Shown here: positions 39,356 to 49,805 of the stretch, piece by piece
Layout: each line of letters begins with the position of its first letter
How positions within the stretch are numbered: position 1 is the stretch's first letter
NCBI GenBank assembly: GCA_001800905.1
Contig: MGWH01000005.1
Location: 56,303 to 120,302, forward strand
Reading direction: 5' to 3'
DNA length: 64,000 nt
DNA from: Flavobacteria bacterium GWA2_35_26
GTDB lineage: Bacteria > Bacteroidota > Bacteroidia > Flavobacteriales > Flavobacteriaceae
Translations under genes and position numbers: made by a program
The notes under the pieces: generated by a model
Told to the model about the DNA's origin: nothing
Databases searched by the model: none
The model's input: the letters and a program-made list of their open reading frames with translations, nothing else

Positions 39356-41278
39356 TTACGATACCACTTCTTCCATGTTGGCATCAAAGCTTCTCTTTCC
39401 AAAAATAGCTTCTAAATCGTCTTTAAATATGACTTCTTTCTCAATTAAAATATCAGCCAATTGATTTAGTTTTTCTTTATTTTCTTCTAAAATTTGTATT
39501 GCTCTTTGGTATTGACCCTCAATTAAACTAGAAATTTCTTCATCAATTACTTTTGCAGTTTCATCCGAATAAGGTTTTGAAAAACTGTATTCACTTTGCC
39601 CTGACGAATCGTAGTAAGTAACGTTTCCAATTTTTTCATTCAAACCATAAACGGTTACCATAGCTCTAGCTTGACGCGTTACTTTTTCAAGATCACTTAA
39701 TGCACCTGTAGAAATTCTGTTGAAAATTACTTTTTCAGCAGCTCTTCCTCCCATAGTAGCGCACATTTCGTCTAGCATTTGGTCAGGACGAACGATCAAA
39801 CGTTCTTCCGGCAAGTACCAGGCAGCACCTAAGCTCTGTCCTCTAGGTACAATAGTTACTTTGATTAGTGGCGCAGCATGTTCTAACATCCAACTTACCG
39901 TAGCGTGACCTGCCTCGTGAATAGCAATTGCTTTTTTCTCTTCAGGTGTTACAATTTTATTTTTCTTTTCTAAACCACCAATAATTCGATCGACAGCATC
40001 TAAGAAATCTTGTTTGTCTACAGCAGTTTTATTATTTCTGGCTGCAATTAAAGCCGCCTCGTTACATACATTAGCAATATCTGCTCCCGAAAAACCTGGA
40101 GTTTGTTTGGCTAAAAAGTCAACATCCAATCCTTCAACTTTTTTCAAAGGAGCCAAATGTACTTTAAAGATTTCTCCGCGTTCGCGAATGTCTGGTAAGT
40201 CTACAAAAATTTGTCTATCAAAACGTCCAGCACGCATTAACGCTTTATCTAAAACGTCAGCACGGTTAGTAGCGGCTAGTACGATAACATTCGAATTGGT
40301 TCCAAAACCATCCATCTCAGTTAATAACTGATTCAATGTATTTTCGCGTTCGTCGTTACCGCCTGACATATTGTTTTTTCCTCTCGCTCTTCCCACTGCA
40401 TCAATCTCATCAATGAAGATAATTGCGGGTGCTTTTTCTTTAGCTTGTTTGAACAAATCACGCACTCTAGAAGCACCAACACCTACAAACATTTCCACAA
40501 AATCAGAACCTGATAAAGAGAAAAATGGCACTTGTGCTTCACCAGCAACTGCTTTGGCTAACAACGTTTTACCTGTTCCCGGAGGTCCGACAAGCAATGC
40601 GCCTTTCGGAATTTTACCTCCTAGATTGGTATATTTTTCAGGGTTTTTAAGGAATTCTACAATCTCTTGAATTTCTTCTTTAGCTCCTTCTAAACCGGCT
40701 ACATCTTTGAAAGTAGTTTTGATATCTGTTTTTTCATCAAACAATTTGGCTTTTGACTTTCCAATATTGAAAATTTGTCCGCCACCTCCAGCACCGCCAC
40801 CAGACATTCTTCTCATGATGAAGATCCAAACGGCAATAATTACGATGATTGGTAGTAGACTCACAAAAATATCGGTCCAATTGCTTTTTTGTAAGAAGTT
40901 GAAATCTTTCAATTTTCCTTCTCCCACCGCTTTTTCTAATTTAGTTTGAAAAATTTGGTCGTTACCAATTTCCAAAGTATAATGCGGTCCGGCATTAGGT
41001 CGGTCAAAAACATCTTTCGCTACTTTTGAATTTGATTTGTCTTTTAAAGCCGCTGCTGTTAGGTAAACTTCCGCTTCGCTTTTGTTATATACAATTACTT
41101 TTTCAATTTGCCCTTTTTCTAGAAAGTTATTGAATTTAGACGAGGTTAATTGAGCAGGTTCCTCAAAATTACTTCCGCCAGTTGCAAAACTGATGAAAAG
41201 AAAAATAAGAAGAATTCCCACGTATACTAACCAAGGACTTACTTTAAATTTATTCGGATTCGGATTATTATTCGCCAT
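39356..41278 (-). CDS. ftsH: ATP-dependent zinc metalloprotease FtsH
   Basis: Two TMs, GPPGTGKT (Walker A), IIFIDEID (Walker B), SRH region, HEAGH. Confidence 0.98.
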   Translation of the reverse strand: MANNNPNPNKFKVSPWLVYVGILLIFLFISFATGGSNFEEPAQLTSSKFNNFLEKGQIEKVIVYNKSEAEVYLTAAALKDKSNSKVAKDVFDRPNAGPHYTLEIGNDQIFQTKLEKAVGEGKLKDFNFLQKSNWTDIFVSLLPIIVIIAVWIFIMRRMSGGGAGGGGQIFNIGKSKAKLFDEKTDIKTTFKDVAGLEGAKEEIQEIVEFLKNPEKYTNLGGKIPKGALLVGPPGTGKTLLAKAVAGEAQVPFFSLSGSDFVEMFVGVGASRVRDLFKQAKEKAPAIIFIDEIDAVGRARGKNNMSGGNDERENTLNQLLTEMDGFGTNSNVIVLAATNRADVLDKALMRAGRFDRQIFVDLPDIRERGEIFKVHLAPLKKVEGLDVDFLAKQTPGFSGADIANVCNEAALIAARNNKTAVDKQDFLDAVDRIIGGLEKKNKIVTPEEKKAIAIHEAGHATVSWMLEHAAPLIKVTIVPRGQSLGAAWYLPEERLIVRPDQMLDEMCATMGGRAAEKVIFNRISTGALSDLEKVTRQARAMVTVYGLNEKIGNVTYYDSSGQSEYSFSKPYSDETAKVIDEEISSLIEGQYQRAIQILEENKEKLNQLADILIEKEVIFKDDLEAIFGKRSFDANMEEVVS

Positions 41279-41293
41279 TACTCGTTTTTTTCT

Positions 41294-41665
41294 TTAGTAT
41301 TTGTTTTCTATTGAAGTAATTTTTGCATCTCCCCAAAGGCTTTCAATGTTGTAATACTCACGAATATGTTTTTGAAAAACATGAACTACCACATTGACAT
41401 AATCCATTAATACCCATTCGGCATTATCAGTTCCTTCAACATGCCAAGGTTTATCTTTCAATTCTTTGGATACGGTTTTTTGTACGGAGCTTACGATGGC
41501 GTTAACTTGTGTATTAGAGGTTCCGTTGCAGATGATGAAATAATCGCAAACTGCGGTATCTATTTCTCTTAAATCTAAGATGTCAACATCATTTCCTTTT
41601 ACTTCTTCGATTCCCTTAATGATGTTTGCAATAAGTGCATCATTATTTATAGTCTTTTTCGCCAT
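41294..41665 (-). CDS. rsfS: Ribosomal silencing factor RsfS
   Basis: DYFIICNGTS, WVLMDYVNVVVHVF, YYNIESLWGD. Confidence 0.95.
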   Translation of the reverse strand: MAKKTINNDALIANIIKGIEEVKGNDVDILDLREIDTAVCDYFIICNGTSNTQVNAIVSSVQKTVSKELKDKPWHVEGTDNAEWVLMDYVNVVVHVFQKHIREYYNIESLWGDAKITSIENKY

Positions 41666-41763
41666 GAATTATTTTTAATATAAGTTGGTAAAGTTACCAT
41701 TTTTTGTGATTATTTTTGAACCATTAACAGAATATTAAGTTCTGTCTTGCAAATAATAGTTGT

Positions 41764-42492
41764 ATGAAACTAATCAAACTCGATGCCATTGATTCGACTA
41801 ACGAATTTCTCAAAGGCATATCGACCCAACAAAACACAGAAAATTTTACTGTTGTTACCGCCGAGAACCAAACAAAAGGGAAGGGGCAAAGGGGAGCAGT
41901 TTGGAATTCAGAAATAGGTAAAAATCTAATTATGAGTGTATTGGTTAAGGATTACTTAATACATACCAATGCTATTTTTAACTTAAATATTGCATTCTCA
42001 TTGGCTGTTATTTCGACATTAAAAAAGAAAAATATACCTGATTTAAGCATTAAATGGCCCAACGACATTCTGTCAGCCAATAAAAAAATTGGAGGTATTT
42101 TGATTGAGAATAGCATTAAAAGTGACGGATCAATTCATTCAATTGTCGGATTAGGCTTGAATGTGAACCAAACTAATTTTGACGGATTACCCAAAGCGTC
42201 TTCTTTGGCAGTGGTTACAGGTCTTGAATTTGATAAAGAGGAGTTACTTATTGATGTTATCACCAACTTAGAAAAGAATGTAACCGAGAGCAAAAACAAT
42301 CCGGACGCTTTACGCCAACAATTTGTGGAATTGTTGTATAAAAAAGATATTCCAATGCCATTCATAAATCAAAAGGAAGAAAAATTCATGGGAATTATTC
42401 AGGGGATATCGTCAATTGGTAGGTTGCGAGTTTTGCTGGAGGATGATTCGGTTGCCGAATTTGACATTAAAGAAGTTCAAATGTTATATTAA
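41764..42492 (+). CDS. birA: Biotin-protein ligase (no HTH)
   Basis: DSTN, QTKGKGQRG..W, KWPNDI, KIGGILIE, GLGLNV; TATTTTTG -7 element at 41711-41718. Confidence 0.93.
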   Translation: MKLIKLDAIDSTNEFLKGISTQQNTENFTVVTAENQTKGKGQRGAVWNSEIGKNLIMSVLVKDYLIHTNAIFNLNIAFSLAVISTLKKKNIPDLSIKWPNDILSANKKIGGILIENSIKSDGSIHSIVGLGLNVNQTNFDGLPKASSLAVVTGLEFDKEELLIDVITNLEKNVTESKNNPDALRQQFVELLYKKDIPMPFINQKEEKFMGIIQGISSIGRLRVLLEDDSVAEFDIKEVQMLY

Positions 42493-42494
42493 TA

Positions 42495-42528
42495 AAAAAG
42501 GGCTGTAATTGAAATTACAGCCCTTTTT
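42495..42528. terminator. Bidirectional terminator between convergent genes
   Basis: AAAAAGGGCTGTAAT-tgaa-ATTACAGCCCTTTTT, perfect 15-bp stem. Confidence 0.85.
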
Positions 42529-42544
42529 AAATTTTATTTTATAA

Positions 42545-42937
42545 TTAAATTTTGTGCATGTTTTCAGCCAGTGTTTCGATGAATTTTTGAATTGGCCCTT
42601 TAATCATCATAGCCATCATTGGGTTGAAATCGCCTTCAAAATCTAATTTTACATCAGCGTTATTTACATTAACTGCGTCAATTGAAGCAGTTAATGTAAA
42701 AGGCAGTTTATCACTGGCAGCGCCTAAAACTAGTTTAGTAGGAGCTGTTTTTTCTTTAATGACTAATTTGATTTCAGGCATTCCTTTCAAACCAAAAATG
42801 AAAGCATCAGCACCAATTACTTCAAATTTCGCAATATTTTCAGGCATTAATTGTTCAAAGTTTTTTACATCAGACAGCAATTCAAATAGATTTTGAGCTG
42901 ACTTTTGAACATTTACTTTTGGACTTTCTAAATTCAT
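42545..42937 (-). CDS. SRPBCC/CoxG-like protein
   Basis: 130 aa; LSDVKNFEQLMP, FEGDFNPMMAMMIKGP pattern; directly downstream of pyrE. Confidence 0.65.
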   Translation of the reverse strand: MNLESPKVNVQKSAQNLFELLSDVKNFEQLMPENIAKFEVIGADAFIFGLKGMPEIKLVIKEKTAPTKLVLGAASDKLPFTLTASIDAVNVNNADVKLDFEGDFNPMMAMMIKGPIQKFIETLAENMHKI

Positions 42938-42955
42938 TTGGTTTGTATTAACAAA

Positions 42956-43597
42956 TTAAACATTCCAGGTTGAAGGACTCTGGTTCCATTCACTCAAGGT
43001 TTGTTGTTCTTCTTCTGTGATATAGTTTTTGGCTACAGCCAAATTCAATAAGTTTTCGTAATTGCTTAAAGTGTATAATTCCACATTAGCTTTTTTGAAA
43101 TTTTGCTCAGCTACATCAAATCCATAGGTAAAGATAGCGGCCATTCCCTTAATGTTAGCTCCCGCTTCTTTCAACGCTTCTACAGCAAGTAGGCTACTAT
43201 TTCCAGTACTAATTAAGTCTTCCACCACCACTACATTTTGACCTTTTTGTAAAAAACCTTCCACTTGATTTTGTCTTCCGTGTTTTTTTGGTTCAGGACG
43301 AACATACACAAAAGGTAGTCCCATGCTTTCGGCCACAAGTATACCAATTCCAATGGCACCTGTAGCAACTCCTGCAATAACGTCGGGTTTGCCAAATTGT
43401 TTTTCAATGTTTTTGGCAAATTCATCACGAACATAATTTCGGATAGCTGGAAATGAGAGTATTAGTCGGTTATCACAGTAGATAGGTGATTTCCATCCAG
43501 AAGCCCATGTAAAAGGATTTCTTGGATTCAATTTAATTGCATTTATTTGCAAAAGCAATTCGGCTGTTTTTTCGGCTGTTTCTTTATTAAAAATCAT
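42956..43597 (-). CDS. pyrE: Orotate phosphoribosyltransferase
   Basis: FTWASGWKSPIYCDNR, KKHGR, VVVEDLISTG; ATG at 43597 preferred (the track start at 43630 lies inside the NUDIX gene). Confidence 0.95.
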   Translation of the reverse strand: MIFNKETAEKTAELLLQINAIKLNPRNPFTWASGWKSPIYCDNRLILSFPAIRNYVRDEFAKNIEKQFGKPDVIAGVATGAIGIGILVAESMGLPFVYVRPEPKKHGRQNQVEGFLQKGQNVVVVEDLISTGNSSLLAVEALKEAGANIKGMAAIFTYGFDVAEQNFKKANVELYTLSNYENLLNLAVAKNYITEEEQQTLSEWNQSPSTWNV

Positions 43598-43601
43598 AGC
43601 G

Positions 43602-43609
43602 CAAATGTA
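43602..43609 (-). promoter_or_regulatory. -7 element of pyrE overlapping the NUDIX start codon
   Basis: Minus strand reads TACATTTG-CGCT-ATG(pyrE). Confidence 0.6.
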
Positions 43610-44204
43610 TAAAGTTTTTGTGAACGACAAACCACTTTTTTTAACAAATCATATCTCTAAGGAGACCGATTTTCAATTGTTTTTGTTAGAAAGTATTGAC
43701 ATCGAACAGCTTATTGTAAAAATTTTTCAAAATAAAATTCAAAAAGCCTATTTATACCATCCCGATGAAAAGGAAATTTTGAAAACTTTAAAAGAAAAGA
43801 TCCCTGTAAACAAAGCAGGTGGTGGCTTAGTTTACAATAAAAAAGGTGAGGTGCTCTTTATTTTTAGAAATGGAAAATGGGATTTACCAAAAGGAGGAAC
43901 CAACAAAGGCGAAGAAATTGAAGACACTGCCATGCGTGAAGTGGAAGAAGAAACGGGAGTTGGCTTGTTAGCGGTTACCAAAAAATTACAAAAGACCTAT
44001 CACGTTTTTAAACGGAACGGTAAATACCGACTTAAAATTACGCATTGGTTTGAGATGACCTCTGATTATGAAGGTACTCTTGTAGGTCAAGCCGAAGAAG
44101 GAATTGAAAAAGTCGCTTGGCTAAGTCCGATACAAATTAAAGAAGCATTGAAGAACTCCTATGAGAATATCAAATTATTATTTGAAGATGAAATGCTCCA
44201 TTAA
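43605..44204 (+). CDS. NUDIX hydrolase
   Basis: Nudix box GGTNKGEEIEDTAMREVEEETG preceded by WDLPK. Confidence 0.92.
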   Translation: MYKVFVNDKPLFLTNHISKETDFQLFLLESIDIEQLIVKIFQNKIQKAYLYHPDEKEILKTLKEKIPVNKAGGGLVYNKKGEVLFIFRNGKWDLPKGGTNKGEEIEDTAMREVEEETGVGLLAVTKKLQKTYHVFKRNGKYRLKITHWFEMTSDYEGTLVGQAEEGIEKVAWLSPIQIKEALKNSYENIKLLFEDEMLH

Positions 44205-44275
44205 ATTACAAATGGCTTAAAAAAAATCCTAAAGGGATTCTTTTTAAACCATTATATATTTATGATAAACCAACT

Positions 44276-45496
44276 TTATGAGATGGTTTTTCGTTCTAAT
44301 AGTGCCATATAAAATCCATCAAAACCAGATTCTGAAGCTAATATCTTTCGGTCTTCAATAAATTGAAATTGTTTCCCAATTTCGGTAGTTAAGAAGCGTT
44401 TCACTTGTTCTTGGTTTTCCGAAGGTAAAATAGAGCAAGTTGCATAGACTAACTTTCCGCCAGGTTTTACAATTTTGGAGTAGTTCTCCAATACTTCAGC
44501 TTGAACTTTTCGAATATTATCGATGAATTCAGGTTGTAATTTCCATTTAGCATCTGGATTCCTTTTTAATACACCTAGACCACTACAAGGAGCATCGATC
44601 AATACACGATCTGCTTTTTCATGTAGCTTTTTGATAACTTTAGTAGAGTCAATAATTCGGTATTCAATATTAAAAGCACTATTTCTTTTAGCTCTTAATT
44701 TTAATTGCTTCAATTTACTTTCGTACAAATCCATAGCAATCAATTGCCCTTTATTTTCCATTAAAGAAGCAATGTGCAAGGTTTTTCCTCCAGCACCAGC
44801 ACAAGTATCTACAACACGCATTCCAGGCTTTACATCAAGAAAAGCAGCTACTAATTGTGAATTGGCATCTTGTACTTCAAAGAAACCTTGTTTGAAAGCA
44901 TCGGTTAAGAAAACATTGGCTCTTTCCTTTAAAACTAAAGCATCCGGTTGGTCTTTCAAATACTCGGTTTCAATATTCAAATCCATCAAAATCGCTTTTA
45001 GCTTTTCTTTGGTGGTTTTTAGCGTATTAACACGAAGAATCACTTTAGCCGGTTGGTTCTGAGCAGTAATTTCTTTTGACCAAACTTTCTCGCCTAATTC
45101 TTTTACCCCTATTTCGTCCATCCAATCTGGAATAGATTCTTTGAAGGTTCTAATTTTAGATAATTCATCAAAACGACCTTTGATTTTTCGTTCAGGAGTA
45201 CCATCTAATTGGCGCCAATCCGGAATAGGATATCCTCTTAATACAGCCCAAACCGCAAAAATGCGCCATAAATTATCTCTATCAAAAGGTTCTTTAACTT
45301 CGGCTATTTCAGAGTACAATCGTTTCCAGCGTACAATTTCATAGATGGTTTCTGCAACAAATTTTCTGTCAGAACTTCCCCAACGTTTGTCTTTTTTTAA
45401 GGAACGTGCTACCACTTTGTCTGCATATTCTCCTTCGTTGAAAATGGCATTTAATGCGTCAATGGTAGTATAAACTAAATTTCTATGTAATCTCAT
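44276..45496 (-). CDS. RsmB/NOP-family RNA C5-cytosine methyltransferase
   Basis: FEVQD, DTCAGAGGKT, VLIDAPCSGLG, LVYATCS (two catalytic Cys). Confidence 0.92.
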   Translation of the reverse strand: MRLHRNLVYTTIDALNAIFNEGEYADKVVARSLKKDKRWGSSDRKFVAETIYEIVRWKRLYSEIAEVKEPFDRDNLWRIFAVWAVLRGYPIPDWRQLDGTPERKIKGRFDELSKIRTFKESIPDWMDEIGVKELGEKVWSKEITAQNQPAKVILRVNTLKTTKEKLKAILMDLNIETEYLKDQPDALVLKERANVFLTDAFKQGFFEVQDANSQLVAAFLDVKPGMRVVDTCAGAGGKTLHIASLMENKGQLIAMDLYESKLKQLKLRAKRNSAFNIEYRIIDSTKVIKKLHEKADRVLIDAPCSGLGVLKRNPDAKWKLQPEFIDNIRKVQAEVLENYSKIVKPGGKLVYATCSILPSENQEQVKRFLTTEIGKQFQFIEDRKILASESGFDGFYMALLERKTIS

Positions 45497-45561
45497 TTTA
45501 AATAATTGAATTGCAAAGGTACTATTTAATGATTGGAAAGCTAAATTTTAATGTTCTAAAT

Positions 45562-45593
45562 AAAAAGACACTGTCGCTAAACAGTGTCTTTTT
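45562..45593 (-). terminator. Terminator after kup
   Basis: AAAAAGACACTGT-cgctaa-ACAGTGTCTTTTT, perfect 13-bp stem. Confidence 0.85.
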
Positions 45594-45612
45594 GTATATT
45601 AAAACAAGAAAT

Positions 45613-47574
45613 CTATTTCACTCTTGTTAATCCTATATTTTCTGGTGCGTGAAGTACCATTGGGAATTTTTCAATTTTCACAGAACTACTGTCTAATCCG
45701 AAGGCTCTTTCTTCCGATAAACTAAGTTTTTTGATTAAGAAGTAAGAATTCATAACTAATTTTTCATGCCATAATAAATCACTATCATTTGATAGGAATT
45801 TTTCAGATAATACAAATTTGAAGTCCCCTAGGATGTTATTTTTATTTAGAGATTCGTAACGACTTGTGATATCTACCTCACCCTTTTTAACCATGTCTTT
45901 CAATACCTCGCGGAACATCAAGTTGATTTTAGTAGGTTCTCTAAATCCTAAATTGAAATCAATTCGGTAAATATCATCTTTTAAAATCTCAGTTACTTTA
46001 TATTCAGTTTTATAAGGCTCTGATAAAATGTTAACGTGAACAAACCAGTAGATATCGGCTCTTTTTGGTCTTTTTTGAAGAATTGAATACATTACTTTTT
46101 CTTCAATTTCATCCACTCTACCTGCATTGGTCATGTATACCAAGTGGGTTGCGTATTTTGGGATTGTTAGATCGGCACTTAATTCGCCCAAGACTTTTTT
46201 GTAATCTTCAATTTTAACAATTTTGGTGTATGCTTTATTAATTTTCTTAGCTAAATACCAAATAGTCATAATTGAAATTAAAGTAAGAGCGATGCACAAT
46301 GTTACATAACCCCCTTCGGCAAATTTGGTAATATTAGCAGCTAAGAAGCTAAATTCAATTATTAAATAAATACTAATTAAAGGCACATATAAGAACCATT
46401 TCACTCGTTTCATTATCAAATAAAAATTCAATAAAATGGTAGTCATAATCATACAAAGGATAATAGCTAAGCCATAGGCGTGTTCCATATTGCTTGATTC
46501 CTCGAAGTGTAAAACAATTCCAACACAACCAATAAAAAGCAACCAGTTAATGGAAGAAATGTATAATTGTCCTTTCAATTCAGTTGGGTATTTTATTTTG
46601 GCTTTAGGCCAAAAGTTCAATCGCATGGCTTCGTTAATTAATGTAAACGAACCGCTAATCAAAGCTTGTGATGCAATTACGGCAGCCAATGTTGCTACTA
46701 CGATTCCAATAGGTTGGAACCAATCGGCCATGATTAAATAAAATGGGTTTCCGTTTTTACCACCTAAACTAGCTAAAGTTTCTCCTTCGTGATGAATTAA
46801 GTATGCACCTTGTCCAAAGTAGTTTAGTAGCAATGCTATTTTTACGAAAATCCAACTGATTCGAATGTTTTTTCTTCCACAATGACCCATGTCTGAATAC
46901 AAGGCTTCAGCTCCTGTTGTACATAAAAATACAAACCCAAGAACGAAGAAACCGTCCGGATGTATAGAAAGTAATTTGTAAGCATAGTAGGGGTTTATTG
47001 CTTGGAGAACTTCAGTATGTTTTGCAATTTGAATTCCTCCCAAAACAGCTAACATAGTAAACCAAATTAACATCATAGGAGCAAAAAACTTCCCGACTAA
47101 CTTGGTTCCAAATTGCTGAATTGTAAACAATATGAACAAAATTCCAATTACAATCGGAATGGTATTGATTTCAGGATAAAAAGTTCTTACTCCTTCTACG
47201 GCAGACGATACAGAGATAGGAGGGGTTATAATACCGTCGGCTAGCAAAGCACTTCCTCCAATAATAGCGGGTACTATTAGCCATCGTATTTTGGTTTTTT
47301 TGACCAAAGCGTATAAAGCAAAAATTCCACCTTCACCATGGTTGTCAGCACTTAAAGTGATGAGAACATATTTAATTGTAGTTTGCAGAGTCAGTGTCCA
47401 AAAAACACATGATATTCCTCCTAAAACAATATCGGCATTAATAATATGGTCACCCAAAATGGCTTTCATTACATACAAAGGAGAAGTTCCGATGTCACCA
47501 TAAATAATACCTAAAGAAACTAATAGACCACCAAGTGTTAATTTACTATGAAGATCTTTGTGCGCTACGCTCAT
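45613..47574 (-). CDS. kup: KUP/HAK/KT potassium uptake transporter
   Basis: GIIYGDIGTSPLY, DNHGEGG, TGAEALYSDMGH, ASQALISG, YISSINW. Confidence 0.96.
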   Translation of the reverse strand: MSVAHKDLHSKLTLGGLLVSLGIIYGDIGTSPLYVMKAILGDHIINADIVLGGISCVFWTLTLQTTIKYVLITLSADNHGEGGIFALYALVKKTKIRWLIVPAIIGGSALLADGIITPPISVSSAVEGVRTFYPEINTIPIVIGILFILFTIQQFGTKLVGKFFAPMMLIWFTMLAVLGGIQIAKHTEVLQAINPYYAYKLLSIHPDGFFVLGFVFLCTTGAEALYSDMGHCGRKNIRISWIFVKIALLLNYFGQGAYLIHHEGETLASLGGKNGNPFYLIMADWFQPIGIVVATLAAVIASQALISGSFTLINEAMRLNFWPKAKIKYPTELKGQLYISSINWLLFIGCVGIVLHFEESSNMEHAYGLAIILCMIMTTILLNFYLIMKRVKWFLYVPLISIYLIIEFSFLAANITKFAEGGYVTLCIALTLISIMTIWYLAKKINKAYTKIVKIEDYKKVLGELSADLTIPKYATHLVYMTNAGRVDEIEEKVMYSILQKRPKRADIYWFVHVNILSEPYKTEYKVTEILKDDIYRIDFNLGFREPTKINLMFREVLKDMVKKGEVDITSRYESLNKNNILGDFKFVLSEKFLSNDSDLLWHEKLVMNSYFLIKKLSLSEERAFGLDSSSVKIEKFPMVLHAPENIGLTRVK

Positions 47575-47781
47575 GATATTTGATTAAAAAGTGGGCAAAT
47601 TTACTCTTTTTAAATATATTAGGATAAAAAATTCAAAAAAATCACAATGGTAGGTGTGAATTACTATCTTATAGAATTCCAGTAGTTTAATTATTTAAAT
47701 TTAATTTTGAGTTTCGGCAGAGTTTCTAAATATTAATTGCATTTTAAATAATTGTATTTTAGCATTCTTAATTGATTTTTT

Positions 47782-48825
47782 ATGAATAAACTAGTTCTTA
47801 TTGTTGTCAGTATTGTATTTTTTTCTTGTAAATCAATTCATTCTGTCGACAACCGAAATGCCGTTACCGTCACTATAGATACTTTATTACAAGATAAAAT
47901 CAGTATTCGTGCTTTGGCATTGGATCATGATAAAGTTTGGTATGCAGCGGATCAATCTAGATTTGGCTTCATAGATGTGAAGACAAATCAGAAGAAAGAA
48001 ATTAAATTGCCTTCTGAAAAAAATGCCGAGTTTAGGAGTATTGCCCAAACGGAAAAATATGTTTTTATTTTAAACGTGGGTAATCCTGCTTTGCTATATA
48101 AATTTTCAAAAGAGGATTTGAGTTATGAATTGGTTTACCAAGAAAATCACGAAAAAGTATTTTACGACAGTATGCAATTTTGGAATGATAAAAAAGGTAT
48201 TGCTATTGGTGATCCAATAGAAGGTAGTTTTTCTATGATTACCACCCGAGATGGGGGAGTTTCATGGCAAAAAATGCCTTCAGATCGATTACCTCATTTA
48301 GTTGATGGCGAAGCTGCTTTTGCGGCAAGTAATACCAATATTGTAATTAAAGGCAATGCTACTTGGCTTGTATCTGGCGGAAAAAAAGCACGAGTATTCC
48401 ATTCTATAAATAAAGGTAATAGTTGGTCAGTAGTGGAAACACCAATAGTTCAAGGAAAGCAAATGACAGGAATTTTTACAGCTGATTTTTACAATTCATC
48501 AGTTGGTTTCATATCGGGTGGAAATTATGAAGTACTGAATCAAAACTTTGATAATAAAGCAGTAACGCATGATGGTGGAAAAACCTGGAAATTAGTAGCG
48601 CAGAATCAGGGTTTTGGGTATGCTTCTTGTGTGCAATATATTCCCAATAGTCATGGAAAAGAATTGATTAGCGTAGGTGCTTCAGGAATTTATTACTCTA
48701 ATGATGGTGGTAGTAGTTGGAATCAATGGAGTACAGATTCTAGTTTGTATACTATCAGATTTTTGAATAACAACACAGCTATCGCAGCAGGTAAAAATAA
48801 AGTGATTCGTATTCGATTTAAATAA
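47782..48825 (+). CDS. BNR/Asp-box repeat beta-propeller lipoprotein (Ycf48-like)
   Basis: Lipobox FFSC; Asp boxes TRDGGVSW, SINKGNSW, THDGGKTW, SNDGGSSW. Confidence 0.8.
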   Translation: MNKLVLIVVSIVFFSCKSIHSVDNRNAVTVTIDTLLQDKISIRALALDHDKVWYAADQSRFGFIDVKTNQKKEIKLPSEKNAEFRSIAQTEKYVFILNVGNPALLYKFSKEDLSYELVYQENHEKVFYDSMQFWNDKKGIAIGDPIEGSFSMITTRDGGVSWQKMPSDRLPHLVDGEAAFAASNTNIVIKGNATWLVSGGKKARVFHSINKGNSWSVVETPIVQGKQMTGIFTADFYNSSVGFISGGNYEVLNQNFDNKAVTHDGGKTWKLVAQNQGFGYASCVQYIPNSHGKELISVGASGIYYSNDGGSSWNQWSTDSSLYTIRFLNNNTAIAAGKNKVIRIRFK

Positions 48826-48826
48826 T

Positions 48827-48852
48827 AAAGCCATCCCTATGGAATGGCTTTT
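48827..48852. terminator. Terminator between convergent genes
   Basis: AAAGCCATCC-ctat-GGAATGGCTTTT (one bulge). Confidence 0.6.
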
Positions 48853-48872
48853 GGGGGGTATATTATATGAAT

Positions 48873-49331
48873 TTAATCTTTTCTTTGTCCTCTATTTCGG
48901 TACTGCAATAACAATTTTCTACTAAAGTCCTCCTCTGATTTTTTAAGTTTAATGATTTTTGACGCAGGAAGAATTCCTTTTAAATTAAGTATGAATTTCT
49001 TTCTCAATACATAAAACTCCTCTTCATTTGTTTCCATTTGACTTAAAAGTACACTGGCTTCTTTCTCAGTCATTTTATCTTTTCCATCACGATATCGTTT
49101 AATAAACGATCTCATTTTTAAATGTTTTAATTCAAATTCTTTTTCTTCGAAGGCATTGTAAATAGGCCAAAATTTTTCTGCTTCGGAACTATTTAAATCT
49201 AACTCTGTAGTTATAAATGCAACTTTCATTGCTTTAATTTGTTCTCTTTTTTCTTTCATATTTTCGCCTTGCGCAAATGAGCTAAACGGGCTAAATAAAA
49301 GTAATGCGAATACTAGGTTAAGAAGTTTCAT
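48873..49331 (-). CDS. Secreted helical protein (Spy/CpxP-like, ECF-associated)
   Basis: Signal peptide; KVAFITTELDL..EAEKFWPIYN motif; last gene of the ECF cluster. Confidence 0.65.
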   Translation of the reverse strand: MKLLNLVFALLLFSPFSSFAQGENMKEKREQIKAMKVAFITTELDLNSSEAEKFWPIYNAFEEKEFELKHLKMRSFIKRYRDGKDKMTEKEASVLLSQMETNEEEFYVLRKKFILNLKGILPASKIIKLKKSEEDFSRKLLLQYRNRGQRKD

Positions 49332-49354
49332 AATTGATTGTATTAATTGATTTT

Positions 49355-49768
49355 TTATTCTGATAAAAGTCTCTCTAAATCGGAATTGATACTTAGATGT
49401 TCTTCAATGATCTCGTCTTTTAGTTGAATTGTCGCTCCCATCTTATTTAAATCGTCTTCGTCTAATTCACTAATTAGATCATATTGATTGATGTTAGTTT
49501 GATAACTTAAATGATTTTCTAAAGTAGTTAGATCTAATTCCTCTGCAGGTTTTGAAAGTTGATTAAAAATTGGGATAAATAATCCAATGACTAATATGGC
49601 TGCTACTGCCATAAGTAGTTTGCTTTTTTGTTTATACAATGGAATCACCCTATTTGTTTCATCGGGAAATTGAGAAAGAACCTTTTTTGAAAAATCTTCA
49701 AAGTAGTTGTCTGGAACTATAAATCCAGAGGTAGTTTTCGGTATATTTTCTAAATTAAATTTTTTCAT
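49355..49768 (-). CDS. Putative anti-sigma-type single-TM protein
   Basis: N-terminal GFIVPDNYFEDF, one TM, acidic C-terminus; directly downstream of the ECF sigma gene. Confidence 0.65.
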   Translation of the reverse strand: MKKFNLENIPKTTSGFIVPDNYFEDFSKKVLSQFPDETNRVIPLYKQKSKLLMAVAAILVIGLFIPIFNQLSKPAEELDLTTLENHLSYQTNINQYDLISELDEDDLNKMGATIQLKDEIIEEHLSINSDLERLLSE

Positions 49769-49775
49769 GGCAAGG

Positions 49776-49805
49776 TTTTGACTAAAAAGAGTTTAAAAGG
49801 TTTAA
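49776..49805 (-). promoter_or_regulatory. Candidate ECF promoter (internal, before the anti-sigma gene)
   Basis: Minus strand TTAAACC-TTTTAAACTCTTTTTA-GTCAAAA; the -35-like part overlaps the sigma stop codon. Confidence 0.5.

Noticed and set aside
47575-47781. Possible riboswitch upstream of kup
   Set aside because: No ydaO/c-di-AMP consensus or stable structure recognised; the -7 element (47596-47603) leaves only a short leader.
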